64,000 nucleotides of DNA from a virus (IMGVR_UViG_3300006841_000093:32001-96000); one strand, 5' to 3'; shown: positions 26,990 through 37,280, numbered from the stretch's first letter. Made by a program: numbers and translations. Notes: a model not told the origin generated them from the letters alone.

Positions 26990-27076
26990 ATGTGTAATAA
27001 CGAACATTGTCATTGTGAGGGTTGTACTTGTGATCCTTGTGAATGTTCAGCAGATGATCTGTGTGGATGTGAATAA
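26990..27076 (+). CDS. Metallothionein-like Cys-rich peptide (28 aa)
   Basis: MCNNEHCHCEGCTCDPCECSADDLCGCE: 9 Cys, 2 His, four CxC motifs; strong RBS AAGGAG; absent from the ORF track. Confidence 0.7.
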   Translation: MCNNEHCHCEGCTCDPCECSADDLCGCE

Positions 27077-27092
27077 TTTTTGAAAGGTTATA

Positions 27093-27554
27093 ATGCTTAC
27101 AATATTAGGAAGTGTATTAGGATTTGCTACTTCTACTGTACCTACCATAATGGACTTCTTTAAAGAAAAAGAAGAGAAGAAAGCAAAACAAGAAGAATTT
27201 AAATTACAGATAGAAGCAAAAAAAGCAGGTGTAGATTTAGACATTAAATTGTTTGAAGCAAAAAAAGATTTTGATGAACAGAAAATGCTTCTTGAACATG
27301 ATAAGGCATTAGGTCAACAAGGGGGTTTTATAAACTCGTTAAGAGCATTTGTAAGACCTTTTATAACTTATGTGTTTGTATTGACATTTATAGGTATTAA
27401 AGTAGTACTTGTATGGCAAGCAATACAAATAGATGCAGATTTAAATCAAACTATTGATATTGTGTGGGATGATGAAACTGAGGCTCTATTTGCAGCAATA
27501 ATTAGTTTTTGGTTCGGTTCTCGCGCAATGCCAGCGAAAAAGACCAATAAGTGA
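27093..27554 (+). CDS. Putative holin (3TM-type)
   Basis: N-terminal TM, coiled coil, VRPFITY TM and IISFWFGSR; directly upstream of the endolysin. Confidence 0.6.
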   Translation: MLTILGSVLGFATSTVPTIMDFFKEKEEKKAKQEEFKLQIEAKKAGVDLDIKLFEAKKDFDEQKMLLEHDKALGQQGGFINSLRAFVRPFITYVFVLTFIGIKVVLVWQAIQIDADLNQTIDIVWDDETEALFAAIISFWFGSRAMPAKKTNK

Positions 27555-27563
27555 GGAAATGAA

Positions 27564-28040
27564 ATGGCAGGAAATATACAATTATCAAAGAACTTTTGGC
27601 TTAGTGAATTAATCAAGAGTTCTACTGCAGAAAGAAAGGGTATTGATAATACACCAGAGACAGAACATTTAGTTAATCTTACAGTAATAACACAACAAAT
27701 TTTACAACCGGTCAGAGAACATTTCGGAGTAATCACAGTCAATTCTGGATATCGAGGACCCAAATTAAATGCAGCTATTGGTGGATCAAAAACCTCTCAG
27801 CACATGAATGGTGAGGCGGTAGATTTTGAGCAATTAGGTACTCCTAATCCAACAGTAGCAAAATGGATAACAGAAAATCTAGTATGGGATCAAATCATAT
27901 TAGAGTTTTATAAAAAAGGTGAACCTAATTCGGGGTGGATACATTGTTCATACAAAAAAAATGGTCAAAATCGAAAGAAGATAACTACAGCATTAGTACA
28001 AAATGGAAAGACAGTTTACAAAAACGGGTTTGTTGTTTAA
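27564..28040 (+). CDS. Peptidase M15A endolysin
   Basis: LSKNFWLSEL, SGYR, SQHMNGEAVD and WIHCS zinc motifs. Confidence 0.85.
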   Translation: MAGNIQLSKNFWLSELIKSSTAERKGIDNTPETEHLVNLTVITQQILQPVREHFGVITVNSGYRGPKLNAAIGGSKTSQHMNGEAVDFEQLGTPNPTVAKWITENLVWDQIILEFYKKGEPNSGWIHCSYKKNGQNRKKITTALVQNGKTVYKNGFVV

Positions 28041-28109
28041 TCGAATTTTACATTAAATTTTATCTTCAAATACTTTTCACGGTGGGCGCGTTCATGGGTC
28101 GCTCATGGG

Positions 28110-28138
28110 TTGACAAACACATAAAACTGTGTTATAAT
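28110..28138 (+). promoter_or_regulatory. Sigma70-like promoter for gp43
   Basis: TTGACA-N17-TATAAT with TG extension. Confidence 0.7.
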
Positions 28139-28204
28139 AGGTTAGATGAAATTAATAGTGATTATGATAAAGAAACGCGAACAAACTGGTATCCCAAAAA
28201 CTAA

Positions 28205-30679
28205 ATGTCAAAATTTTATACTAACGTAGTATGTCTAGGTAATTATATTTTCGAAAGGGGAATAGAAAATGGATTACCTTTTGAAGAAAGACATGAATTT
28301 AAACCTACCTTATATATTCCTACCACAACTGAAACTAAATGGCGAACACTTGAAGATGAGCCAGTAGCCCCTGTTCAATGGGGATCTATTAAAGAAACCC
28401 GCGAATCAGTAAAAAAGTATGAAGGTGTAGATAACATGAAAATCTACGGCCATACAAATTATAATTATTCTTTTATTGCTGAAACATATCCAGAAAATAT
28501 TGATTACAATTTAGAACATCTTAAAATGATGTTTCTAGATATTGAAGTTGCTTCTGAACAAGGATTTCCTGATCCTGAAAACGCATCAGAAGAAGTAGTT
28601 GCCATTACTACAAAGATGGGTGATGATATTCAAGTTTGGGGTTGTAATGAATTTAAGAATGATAAAGAGGATATTACATATAATAGATGTTTTGATGAAC
28701 GACAATTATTAGAAGAATTTGTCATGTATTGGCAGAAGAATTGTCCTCATGTAATTTCTGGTTGGAACACAAAAACATTTGATACTCCATATCTTATTAA
28801 CAGAATTCGTAATATCTTAAATGAAACGTGGGTCAAGAAACTTTCACCGTGGGGATTTGTTAAAGAACAAAAAATCTTTGGTATGGGTGGTCGTGAAGTT
28901 CAGACTTATGAAATCTATGGTGTGTCTGAAATTGATTACTTGGATGCCTACAAGAAGTTTACTTATACTAATCAAGAGTCATATAGATTAGATCATATTG
29001 CTTATGTAGAATTGGGTCAAACTAAACTAGACTTTTCTGAAGTAGCAACACTCCATGAATTGTACAAGAAAGATTTTCAAAAGTTCATTGAATACAATAT
29101 TCAAGATACATTATTGGTTAGTCGCCTTGAAGATAAATTAAAACTTTTAGAATTGATTATTTCTCTGGCATATCTGTCGAAGTGTAATCTCACAGATGTA
29201 TTTGCACAGACTAGAATGTGGGATTGTATTATTTACAATCATCTTTTGAGAGAGAAAATTGTAATTCCTCAAAAGACTAAACATAGTAAAGGTGATATGT
29301 ATGAGGGTGCTTATGTTAAAGCACCACAATGTGGTAGACATGAATGGATTGTGAGTTTTGATTTAAACAGTCTATATCCACATTTGATTATGCAATATAA
29401 TATTTCTCCTGAAACCATCTTAGGACAATGGAAAGATGAAATAGGAGTAGAAGGTTTAATCGATAAAGAATTTGATACATCAGTTTGGAAACAAAAAGAT
29501 ATAACAGTTACACCGAATGGATCTGTTTATCGTAGAGATAAGCAAGGGTTTCTTCCCCAATTAATGGAAAGTATGTACAATGATAGGGTGAAATATAAAA
29601 AGAAAATGTTAGATGAACAGAAAAAGGGAAGAAACTCTGATCCAAATAAATTATCACAATATTACAACTATCAACAAAATTTAAAGATTGCATTAAACTC
29701 CGCCTATGGAGCAATGGGTAATCAATGGTTTCGTTATTATGATGAACGTAATGCAGAAGCAGTTACTGCAGCAGGTCAGTTATCAATTCAATGGGCCGAG
29801 AATGCAGTAAACAATTATTTAAACAAAACATTAGGTACACAAGATGTTGACTATATTGTTGCTATGGATACTGATTCTTTATATGTTCGTCTTGATGATC
29901 TTGTTTCTAGAATTGGTATTACCGATAAGGAAAAAATCATTGGATTCTTGGACAAGGCCTGTGGAAGAATCGAAGAAGTAATTGAAAAATGTTATACTGA
30001 ATTAGCGGAGTACATGAACGCCTATCAACAAAAGATGGTCATGAAACGTGAGGTCATTGCTGATACAGGAATTTGGACAGCAAAGAAACATTATATTCTG
30101 AACGTTCACGATTCTGAGGGTGTTCGATATGAAGAACCAAAATTAAAGATTGTGGGTATTGAAGCAATTAAAAGTTCAACACCAGAAGCATGTAGACAAT
30201 CACTTAGAGAGATTTTCAATATTATTATTTCAGGCACAGAAGATGATGTTATTGGTTATATTGAAAAGTTTAAAGAGAAGTTTTTTGGTTTGAATATGGA
30301 AGCTGTAGCATTTCCAAGATCTGTTAATGGATTAAAAAAATATAAAGATTCAGCAACAATTTATAAAAAATCAACTCCAATTCATGTTAAGGGAAGTTTA
30401 ATTTATAATCACATGTTGAGGACTAAGAAATTAACTAGAAGATATCCTGTTATACAAGAGGGTGAAAAGGTTAAGTTCACTTATCTCAAAGATCCAAATC
30501 CAGCAGGTGATAAAGTAATTTCTGTATTAAATAGTTTACCAAAAGAATTTGAATTAGAGAAATATATAGATTATGATACCCAATTTGAGAAAGCATTTAT
30601 CGAACCATTAAAAGGTGTATTAGATGTAATTGGGTGGGAAACAGAGAGAAAGTCAAGTCTTGACAATTTTTTTATATAG
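28205..30679 (+). CDS. gp43: Family B DNA polymerase
   Basis: Exo DIE, SFDLNSLYP, KIALNSAYG and MDTDS; C-terminal clamp-binding SSLDNFFI. Confidence 0.97.
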   Translation: MSKFYTNVVCLGNYIFERGIENGLPFEERHEFKPTLYIPTTTETKWRTLEDEPVAPVQWGSIKETRESVKKYEGVDNMKIYGHTNYNYSFIAETYPENIDYNLEHLKMMFLDIEVASEQGFPDPENASEEVVAITTKMGDDIQVWGCNEFKNDKEDITYNRCFDERQLLEEFVMYWQKNCPHVISGWNTKTFDTPYLINRIRNILNETWVKKLSPWGFVKEQKIFGMGGREVQTYEIYGVSEIDYLDAYKKFTYTNQESYRLDHIAYVELGQTKLDFSEVATLHELYKKDFQKFIEYNIQDTLLVSRLEDKLKLLELIISLAYLSKCNLTDVFAQTRMWDCIIYNHLLREKIVIPQKTKHSKGDMYEGAYVKAPQCGRHEWIVSFDLNSLYPHLIMQYNISPETILGQWKDEIGVEGLIDKEFDTSVWKQKDITVTPNGSVYRRDKQGFLPQLMESMYNDRVKYKKKMLDEQKKGRNSDPNKLSQYYNYQQNLKIALNSAYGAMGNQWFRYYDERNAEAVTAAGQLSIQWAENAVNNYLNKTLGTQDVDYIVAMDTDSLYVRLDDLVSRIGITDKEKIIGFLDKACGRIEEVIEKCYTELAEYMNAYQQKMVMKREVIADTGIWTAKKHYILNVHDSEGVRYEEPKLKIVGIEAIKSSTPEACRQSLREIFNIIISGTEDDVIGYIEKFKEKFFGLNMEAVAFPRSVNGLKKYKDSATIYKKSTPIHVKGSLIYNHMLRTKKLTRRYPVIQEGEKVKFTYLKDPNPAGDKVISVLNSLPKEFELEKYIDYDTQFEKAFIEPLKGVLDVIGWETERKSSLDNFFI

Positions 30680-30687
30680 TGTATAAT
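30660..30687 (+). promoter_or_regulatory. Sigma70-like promoter
   Basis: TTGACA-N16-TATAAT. Confidence 0.6.
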
Positions 30688-30698
30688 AGGGGGTATAC

Positions 30699-30929
30699 AT
30701 GGCAGGAAGTGTAATGGTAAGATATGCAAAGAAGACTACAAAACAATTAAGAAAAGAAAATTCAGGGTCACATGCTCAAATGTCAAAACAATTAAATTAT
30801 TCAATAGATATAGATCCAGATTCAATTAGTTATATGACTTTTGAAACTCAATCAGAAGCAAAGGCTTTTGCACAAAGAATGCAAGAAGATGGAAACCATA
30901 TAATTGAGATAAAAGATGATTACAGATGA
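30699..30929 (+). CDS. Hypothetical protein
   Basis: RBS GGGG after a promoter. Confidence 0.6.
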   Translation: MAGSVMVRYAKKTTKQLRKENSGSHAQMSKQLNYSIDIDPDSISYMTFETQSEAKAFAQRMQEDGNHIIEIKDDYR

Positions 30930-31083
30930 TTTTGGTGGTTGGCTCACAGAAGATTTGCTACTTTTATTATCAGATTTAAAATTTCAAAGAGATCGTGTGG
31001 AAACATATTCTGAACGAGTAGATATAAATCAAGAAATTAGAGCAGTTAAAACAGAACTTAGATTAAGGAAAGATAATGAGTGA
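30916..31083 (+). CDS. Small hypothetical protein (55 aa)
   Basis: [21 protein letters not shown]... bridges the gap to uvsX with overlapping ends. Confidence 0.45.
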   Translation: MITDDFGGWLTEDLLLLLSDLKFQRDRVETYSERVDINQEIRAVKTELRLRKDNE

Positions 31084-32134
31084 TTATTTAGATAATTTAG
31101 TAAAAGTGACAGGTAATGAATTCGCAACAAAAGTTTCAGATGGGGTTGAAGCTGGTGATGTTACTGGTCATGTAGATACAGGAAGTTATATTTTAAATGC
31201 ATTAGTTTCAGGAGACATTTATGGAGGAATCCCATCAAACAAAATTACAGCTCTGGCAGGAGAAACTGCAACGGGTAAAACATTTTTCGCTCTTGGTATG
31301 GTCAAACAGTTTCTTTCAGATAATCCTAGCGGCGGCGTTTTGTATTTTGAGTCTGAGTCTGCACTCACTAAAGACATGATTGAGAGTAGGGGAATCGATT
31401 CAAAACGAATGATAATTCTCCCCGTAACTACTATACAAGAATTTACTCACCAAGCAGTTAAAATAGTAGAAAATCATACAGAAGATAAACCGATAATGAT
31501 GTGTCTCGATTCACTTGGAATGTTATCAACAACAAAAGAAGTTGGTGATATTACAGAAGGTAAGGAGACTAAAGATATGACACGGGCACAACTTGTTAAA
31601 GGGTGTTTCAGGGTCTTGACATTGAAATTAGGTAAAGCAGGAATTCCATTATTAGTAACCAATCATACATACAAACAAGTTGGAACTATGTTTCCACAAG
31701 ATGTGATGGGTGGTGGTAGTGGACTACAGTATGCAGCATCTACAATTATTTTCCTTTCCAAGAGAAAAGAAAAAGAGGGCACAGATGTTGTTGGTAATGT
31801 AATACATTGTAAGAATTTTAAATCTAGATTAACGAAAGAAAATAAAAAGGTAGATGTTCTCTTGAGGTATGATCAAGGTTTGAATAGATATTATGGGTTA
31901 CTTGAATTAGCAGAAGAAGCGGGGATTTTTAAAAAGGTTTCTACAAGATATGAGATGCCGGATGGTGGTAAAATTTTTGGAAAGGCAATACTGAATGAGC
32001 CTGAAAAATATTTTACAAAGGAAATTCTTGATAAATTAAATGATTATGCAAAAACAGTATTTCTCTATGGTGGAAAAAGTGAAGAAAGAAACGAAACTGA
32101 GGATGAGACAGTCCCAGTCAACGAAACCAACTAA
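31076..32134 (+). CDS. uvsX: RecA-like recombinase UvsX
   Basis: [22 protein letters not shown] and MGGGSG. Confidence 0.95.
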   Translation: MSDYLDNLVKVTGNEFATKVSDGVEAGDVTGHVDTGSYILNALVSGDIYGGIPSNKITALAGETATGKTFFALGMVKQFLSDNPSGGVLYFESESALTKDMIESRGIDSKRMIILPVTTIQEFTHQAVKIVENHTEDKPIMMCLDSLGMLSTTKEVGDITEGKETKDMTRAQLVKGCFRVLTLKLGKAGIPLLVTNHTYKQVGTMFPQDVMGGGSGLQYAASTIIFLSKRKEKEGTDVVGNVIHCKNFKSRLTKENKKVDVLLRYDQGLNRYYGLLELAEEAGIFKKVSTRYEMPDGGKIFGKAILNEPEKYFTKEILDKLNDYAKTVFLYGGKSEERNETEDETVPVNETN

Positions 32135-32531
32135 AGATCCTTTTTTTAAAGGTACTAACGAAACTGATACAGATTTAAGGACAGTATTAAATGATCCTTA
32201 TTTTGAAACAGGTGGGGCACTTTATAAAGAATGTACTAATCCAAATGATCCGAATGATAAATCTTTGTGTATAGTAGTACAAGACGCATCACCATTTGAT
32301 GGAGCAGTGATTAGATACACTTCATTTAAATTGGTAGAACAAGAACTAGGTGGAAATGATATTGCATGTCAATATGAATATGATATTGAAGTGCCGCCAC
32401 ATGATTTGGGATATGAAATTACCGATAAGGATGGTCAAGAATTTGAAAAACGATTAGGGGAATGGGTTATAGAAATCTTACAACGACAAATGGAAAAACA
32501 TGCAGCAGAGGATAGAAACAATAATACTTAA
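32040..32531 (+). CDS. Hypothetical protein in the gp40 position
   Basis: Lies between uvsX and gp41; exact start uncertain. Confidence 0.55.
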   Translation: MIMQKQYFSMVEKVKKETKLRMRQSQSTKPTKDPFFKGTNETDTDLRTVLNDPYFETGGALYKECTNPNDPNDKSLCIVVQDASPFDGAVIRYTSFKLVEQELGGNDIACQYEYDIEVPPHDLGYEITDKDGQEFEKRLGEWVIEILQRQMEKHAAEDRNNNT

Positions 32532-33915
32532 AAATCTAATTCATAATGAAGAATATTCTAGGAAAGTTATACCCTTTCTTAATAAAGAATATTTTATGGA
32601 ACATACAGATAAAATATTATATACAGAAATTAATAAATTTATTGAGAAATATAATAATTTACCTACTAAAGAAGCATTAGTAATTGAATTAGATTCTTCA
32701 TCATTGAAGGAAGAAGAATTTTCTAATGTAACAGAATTATTAACTTATATAGAGGGTCAAGAAGATGAGAAATCGGACTTGGTATGGTTGTTGGAGACAA
32801 CAGAAAAGTTTTGCCAAGACAAAGCAATCTACAACGCCGTTGTCAACTCAATTAAAATATTGGATGAACCCGAAAAATCTAACGCTGACAAAGGTGCTAT
32901 TCCTGAGTTGCTTACCGATGCTCTTTCTGTTAGTTTTGATCCTCATGTCGGCCATGACTATCTTTTGGATTCTGATGATCGTTATGATTTTTATCACAAG
33001 GTTGAAAAAAAGATTCCTTTTGATCTTGACTACTTCAACAAGATAACTCAAGGTGGACTCTCTTCTAAAACTTTAAATGTAGCTCTTGCCGGAACAGGTG
33101 TTGGTAAATCATTATTTATGTGTCATGTAGCAGCTAATGCATTATCTCAAGGTAATAATGTTTTGTATATTACATTGGAGATGGCAGAAGAACGTATAGC
33201 AGAACGTATTGATGCAAATTTAATGAACATTAGATTAGATGATTTGATTAGTTTACCCAAAAAAATGTATGAGAAGAAAATTAATGATCTCAAGAATACA
33301 GTTAAAGGTAGATTAATCGTTAAAGAATATCCTACTGCTGCAGCGAATACAAATCATTTTAGGGCATTATTGAATGAATTAAATCTTAAGAGAAATTTTA
33401 AAGCTGATATGATTCTAGTCGATTATATCAATATATGTTCTTCTTCACGAATTAGACCAGGACAATATGTAAATTCTTATAGTTATGTGAAATCTATTGC
33501 CGAAGAACTTAGGGGATTGGCAGTAGAGTTTGATGTTCCAATTTTATCGGCCACTCAAACCAATAGACAAGGATTTCAAAATACAGATGTGGGTCTTGAA
33601 GATACAAGTGAAAGTTTCGGACTTCCTGCAACAGCAGATTTTATGTTTGCGATTATTAGTAATGAAAACTTGGAAGAAGCGGGACAAATATTAATCAAAC
33701 AGTTAAAAAATCGATATAGTGATCCTACCACAAATAAGAAATTTTTAGTGGGAGTAGATAGAGCAAAGATGAGACTTTCCGATTTAGGGGAAGAATCACA
33801 AAAGGGATTAGTTGATACTGGAGGAAAAGAAGAAAAAGAAGATGTTCCACTATTTGATGCATCTACTGGTGGTAGGATGAAGAGTAAAAAAGATTTTGGG
33901 GAGTTTAAATTTTGA
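32500..33915 (+). CDS. gp41: Replicative helicase
   Basis: AGTGVGKS, YITLEM, KEYPT, VDYINI, SATQTNR and QLKNRY. Confidence 0.96.
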   Translation: MQQRIETIILKNLIHNEEYSRKVIPFLNKEYFMEHTDKILYTEINKFIEKYNNLPTKEALVIELDSSSLKEEEFSNVTELLTYIEGQEDEKSDLVWLLETTEKFCQDKAIYNAVVNSIKILDEPEKSNADKGAIPELLTDALSVSFDPHVGHDYLLDSDDRYDFYHKVEKKIPFDLDYFNKITQGGLSSKTLNVALAGTGVGKSLFMCHVAANALSQGNNVLYITLEMAEERIAERIDANLMNIRLDDLISLPKKMYEKKINDLKNTVKGRLIVKEYPTAAANTNHFRALLNELNLKRNFKADMILVDYINICSSSRIRPGQYVNSYSYVKSIAEELRGLAVEFDVPILSATQTNRQGFQNTDVGLEDTSESFGLPATADFMFAIISNENLEEAGQILIKQLKNRYSDPTTNKKFLVGVDRAKMRLSDLGEESQKGLVDTGGKEEKEDVPLFDASTGGRMKSKKDFGEFKF

Positions 33916-34244
33916 GTGATGATAATATAGTAGATTTAGATGAATATAGAAAGGAAAAACATAAGGTAGACGCAAAACCTATTTCCAACCTCAAGACATT
34001 TGTGCCAGATCAATACTACATTTACCCTGACATGGGGATAATGATCCACGTATTGTTTATTACAGATCAAAGTATACATTTCGGAGAAGCAGTTTATATA
34101 ATGGAAGACCAATATGGGAATTTCTTTGCAGATATTGTCGAAGAAGAGACTTGTGAAGGTTGGCATTTACTACATAAAGATGTTTTTCTAAAAGCTGTTG
34201 AAAATAATAGACCCCCAGATCCCCCAGAGCCACAAGTTGGATGA
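33912..34244 (+). CDS. Hypothetical protein
   Basis: Overlapping start; packed operon. Confidence 0.6.
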   Translation: MSDDNIVDLDEYRKEKHKVDAKPISNLKTFVPDQYYIYPDMGIMIHVLFITDQSIHFGEAVYIMEDQYGNFFADIVEEETCEGWHLLHKDVFLKAVENNRPPDPPEPQVG

Positions 34245-34252
34245 CTTGTTAT

Positions 34253-34260
34253 TATAAATA
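34253..34260 (+). promoter_or_regulatory. T4-type late promoter
   Basis: TATAAATA, 33 nt upstream of the 34294 ATG (RBS AGGAG). Confidence 0.65.
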
Positions 34261-34293
34261 TATCAGTAAAGTGTATTTTAATGCTAGGAGAAA

Positions 34294-36063
34294 ATGAAAC
34301 GTTTTAAACAAATTACTGCAGATTTATATGATGCCTCTAAATCAGAGAAACTTGCTCATGATTTAGCACTTATTACCGAAAAGGGTGAAGATATATGTGC
34401 AGTAGACATAACTCAGTTAAGGTCTAAAGTTTTACGTGACAGACACGCAAAAATGTGTAAGCCTGAGCCAAAACATTGGAGTAATACAAAGAAAAAACTT
34501 AAAGATACACCTATACAACGAGCAGCAAAACGTGCCGGAATGCAAACAAAAGCACGAAAAGGATTATATAATCAAAAACAACATGATTTTAAAGATTTTT
34601 TAATAGAAGATATTCTCAATGAAGGCCGGAAAGAAATCCAAGCTCAAATAATCTCCGCTGGGAAAGCCGCAGGATTAGAAAAACATTCTAATCTCGCAAG
34701 AGTTTACAATCCTAAAGGAATGAAAAATGGTGATTTTGTTAAACTGATTAAACAAACATTTGAAGTGGATGATGTTGTAGTTCTTGCTCCCAAAGATCAA
34801 GGTAATCCTAGTTCTTCATTTTATACTTTCCTATGGAACGAAAATCAAATAACTCTTGCAGGAGCAGTTAAAGGTAGAGGTAGTAGACAAACAGAAGAAC
34901 AAGAAATATCTTGGCTTTTAGTATTAAGTGGTTATCATCAAGGTTATGGTGAATTAGTAGATGATGAATTTTTAGAAAAATTGTCGGGTGAAGCAAAAGT
35001 ATATTCAAAAATCACTAATTCAAAGGGAAAATTCTTAGGAGAAAGTGACGCACAAGGTTTAGTTTTTTGGTTATCTAATAATAATGATTGGTTACAATCT
35101 CATAGAAAACAGGCAAATAAGTTCATTAAAAGTGTTTCATCAGCACCATTAAGATATGTTAAAGATTATTCTAAACTTGATATAGTTCAACATGCAAAAG
35201 CACTTTTTCCGAAAGCTGTCCCTGGACAAATATTTGATAAAGATAAATGGAATCCAGCAGATGTTTGGCTCTATTATGAAGATTTAACAGAACAAGCAAG
35301 TTTAGCAGACTTAAATAACTATCTCTTAGCTTCTATAGAAGGTGGTAAAGGTATCATAGGTATATCTTTAAAATTAGGTGGAGGTAACGTAAATACAATA
35401 AATGCCAGAAAACGTCCAGTTTATGTTGTTGATGATTTTGATATGAAATTTGGTGATTTATTTGCCCAAAATGTTAATACAGAATATGGTGGAATGGGAA
35501 TGGAAGGCTATTCTGTTATGTATAGACTGTTTAGCCCAAAAATTGGAGAACTTATTAGGGGAGAAGCACAACAGAAAGCGGCTCTAGCGGCACAAGGGAA
35601 AGTTTATTTAAAATATATTGATCATTTAACGGGAGGGGCGCAAGCATCAAAAGCTGTTGCAGGTGTAGCAAAGAAAATTGTAGAGAAAGATAAAAAAACA
35701 GGAGTTTATAAATTTACAACAGATGGTGCAAGGACATTTAATAAAGTCAAGAGAGCATGGCCACTTGTAAGAGATAATAATATAATTGAGTGGGCATCAA
35801 CTGCAAATCCTGCCAATTATGATAGACTTGTAGATTCTAAAACATTTTTAGAATATGTTAATGAATATGCAATAAAAAAGAAGTTGAGAGAAAGTGAAAT
35901 GCAAGTAAGAGTTATGGCACGATTTCAAACTATTATGTTAGGAGCGGTGTTTTCTTCTATAAAACGAAAAAGTGTAGACAAATTACATGAAATTGTATTA
36001 GGTATGTTACTATTTGCTAAATCAGAATCAGTTTGGTCTGCACCACACATGAAGGCACAATAA
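34294..36063 (+). CDS. Large hypothetical protein, possible PD-(D/E)xK nuclease domain
   Basis: EQE...DKWNPADVW...IGISLK pattern; capsid-targeting-like N-terminus MKRFKQI. Confidence 0.5.
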   Translation: MKRFKQITADLYDASKSEKLAHDLALITEKGEDICAVDITQLRSKVLRDRHAKMCKPEPKHWSNTKKKLKDTPIQRAAKRAGMQTKARKGLYNQKQHDFKDFLIEDILNEGRKEIQAQIISAGKAAGLEKHSNLARVYNPKGMKNGDFVKLIKQTFEVDDVVVLAPKDQGNPSSSFYTFLWNENQITLAGAVKGRGSRQTEEQEISWLLVLSGYHQGYGELVDDEFLEKLSGEAKVYSKITNSKGKFLGESDAQGLVFWLSNNNDWLQSHRKQANKFIKSVSSAPLRYVKDYSKLDIVQHAKALFPKAVPGQIFDKDKWNPADVWLYYEDLTEQASLADLNNYLLASIEGGKGIIGISLKLGGGNVNTINARKRPVYVVDDFDMKFGDLFAQNVNTEYGGMGMEGYSVMYRLFSPKIGELIRGEAQQKAALAAQGKVYLKYIDHLTGGAQASKAVAGVAKKIVEKDKKTGVYKFTTDGARTFNKVKRAWPLVRDNNIIEWASTANPANYDRLVDSKTFLEYVNEYAIKKKLRESEMQVRVMARFQTIMLGAVFSSIKRKSVDKLHEIVLGMLLFAKSESVWSAPHMKAQ

Positions 36064-37280
36064 TGTTCGCATTTGCTTCATTTTTAACTGAACAAAAGAA
36101 TCTCCACATGGAACACCTTGAAGATGAGGTGTTAAATGGTGGAGTAGAAGGAACTAGGGGAGCAATAAATTTCCTTCAAGGATTGAGGGATATGTTAGCA
36201 GGAAGTTCAGCTTCTTCTGTAGATGTTACAGTAAAATGGGATGGAGCACCCGCAGTGTTTGCAGGAATTAATCCTGAGAATGATCAATTCTTTGTAGGAA
36301 CAAAAGGTGTATTCGCTAAGAATGCAAAGATAAATTATACTGATACAGATATAGATAATAATCATTCAGGAGGATTAGCAGAGAAACTTAAAGTTGCACT
36401 TAAAGAATTATCCAAAGTAAACATACAAGGTGTTTTACAGGGTGATATGATGTATACTCATAATGATATTACAAAAGAAACGATTGATGGTGAACCTTAT
36501 ATTACTTTTCAACCAAATACTATCGTTTATGCAATACCAGTGAAATCAAAGTTGGCGGCTAAAATCCTGTCCTCTAATATGGGAATCGTATGGCACACCA
36601 CTTATAGTGGAGATACGATGGAGGACATGACCGCCTCCTTTGGTGTTAGTTCGGGGGCGTTTAGTGAAAGTAGTTCAGTATGGCAAGCAGATGCATCATT
36701 CAAAGATCATTCTGGAAGTGCCACTATGACAAGTAAAGAGACTGGTGATGTTACTAAAATATTAAGTCAAGCTGGTAAACTGTTTAGAGAAATAGACTCT
36801 AATACTCTGGCTATGGTAGCGGGAGATCCTACACCAAAAGAATTGATAAAGACGTATAACAATAAAATGGTGAGAGAAGGACAGAAGATTTCAAATCCTA
36901 AAAGACATACTGCAGGAGTGATTAAATTTGTATATGATAAGTTGAAAGCAGATGTAGATAAGGTAAAAAGAGAAAATACGAAAAAAGAGAAACAACGTAA
37001 GATGGATTTATATGTTGACTTTTTCAGAAAACATTCTTCAGATTTAGTCAAGATATTTGCATTACAAAATTTACTTATTGATGCAAAATTAATAATTCTT
37101 AGAAAATTAGAACAAGTTAAATCTATCAAAACGTTAATGAAAACATCTACAGGATTTAAAGTTACTTCTCCAGAGGGGTTCGTTGCTATAGACAAACTCA
37201 AAGGTGGTGCAGTCAAGTTGGTTGATCGAATGGAATTTTCAATGCAAAACTTCAACGCAGCAAAGAATTGGGATAAATGA
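36063..37280 (+). CDS. Conserved T4-like phage protein with covalent nucleotidyltransferase (ligase/capping) motifs
   Basis: KNLHMEHLED, KWDG (motif I), LQGD, FQPN, EGFV and VKLV; start MFAFASFLTE. Confidence 0.55.
   Translation: MFAFASFLTEQKNLHMEHLEDEVLNGGVEGTRGAINFLQGLRDMLAGSSASSVDVTVKWDGAPAVFAGINPENDQFFVGTKGVFAKNAKINYTDTDIDNNHSGGLAEKLKVALKELSKVNIQGVLQGDMMYTHNDITKETIDGEPYITFQPNTIVYAIPVKSKLAAKILSSNMGIVWHTTYSGDTMEDMTASFGVSSGAFSESSSVWQADASFKDHSGSATMTSKETGDVTKILSQAGKLFREIDSNTLAMVAGDPTPKELIKTYNNKMVREGQKISNPKRHTAGVIKFVYDKLKADVDKVKRENTKKEKQRKMDLYVDFFRKHSSDLVKIFALQNLLIDAKLIILRKLEQVKSIKTLMKTSTGFKVTSPEGFVAIDKLKGGAVKLVDRMEFSMQNFNAAKNWDK

Noticed and set aside
27935-28204. 89-aa ORF upstream of gp43
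   Set aside because: It overlaps the endolysin, and its C-terminal part coincides with the gp43 promoter (TTGACA/TATAAT). A shorter real ORF is possible but unsupported.
28205-33915. Introns or inteins in gp43, uvsX or gp41 (also checked nrdJ and thyX)
   Set aside because: ORFs are uninterrupted, of normal length, and show no intein or LAGLIDADG motifs.
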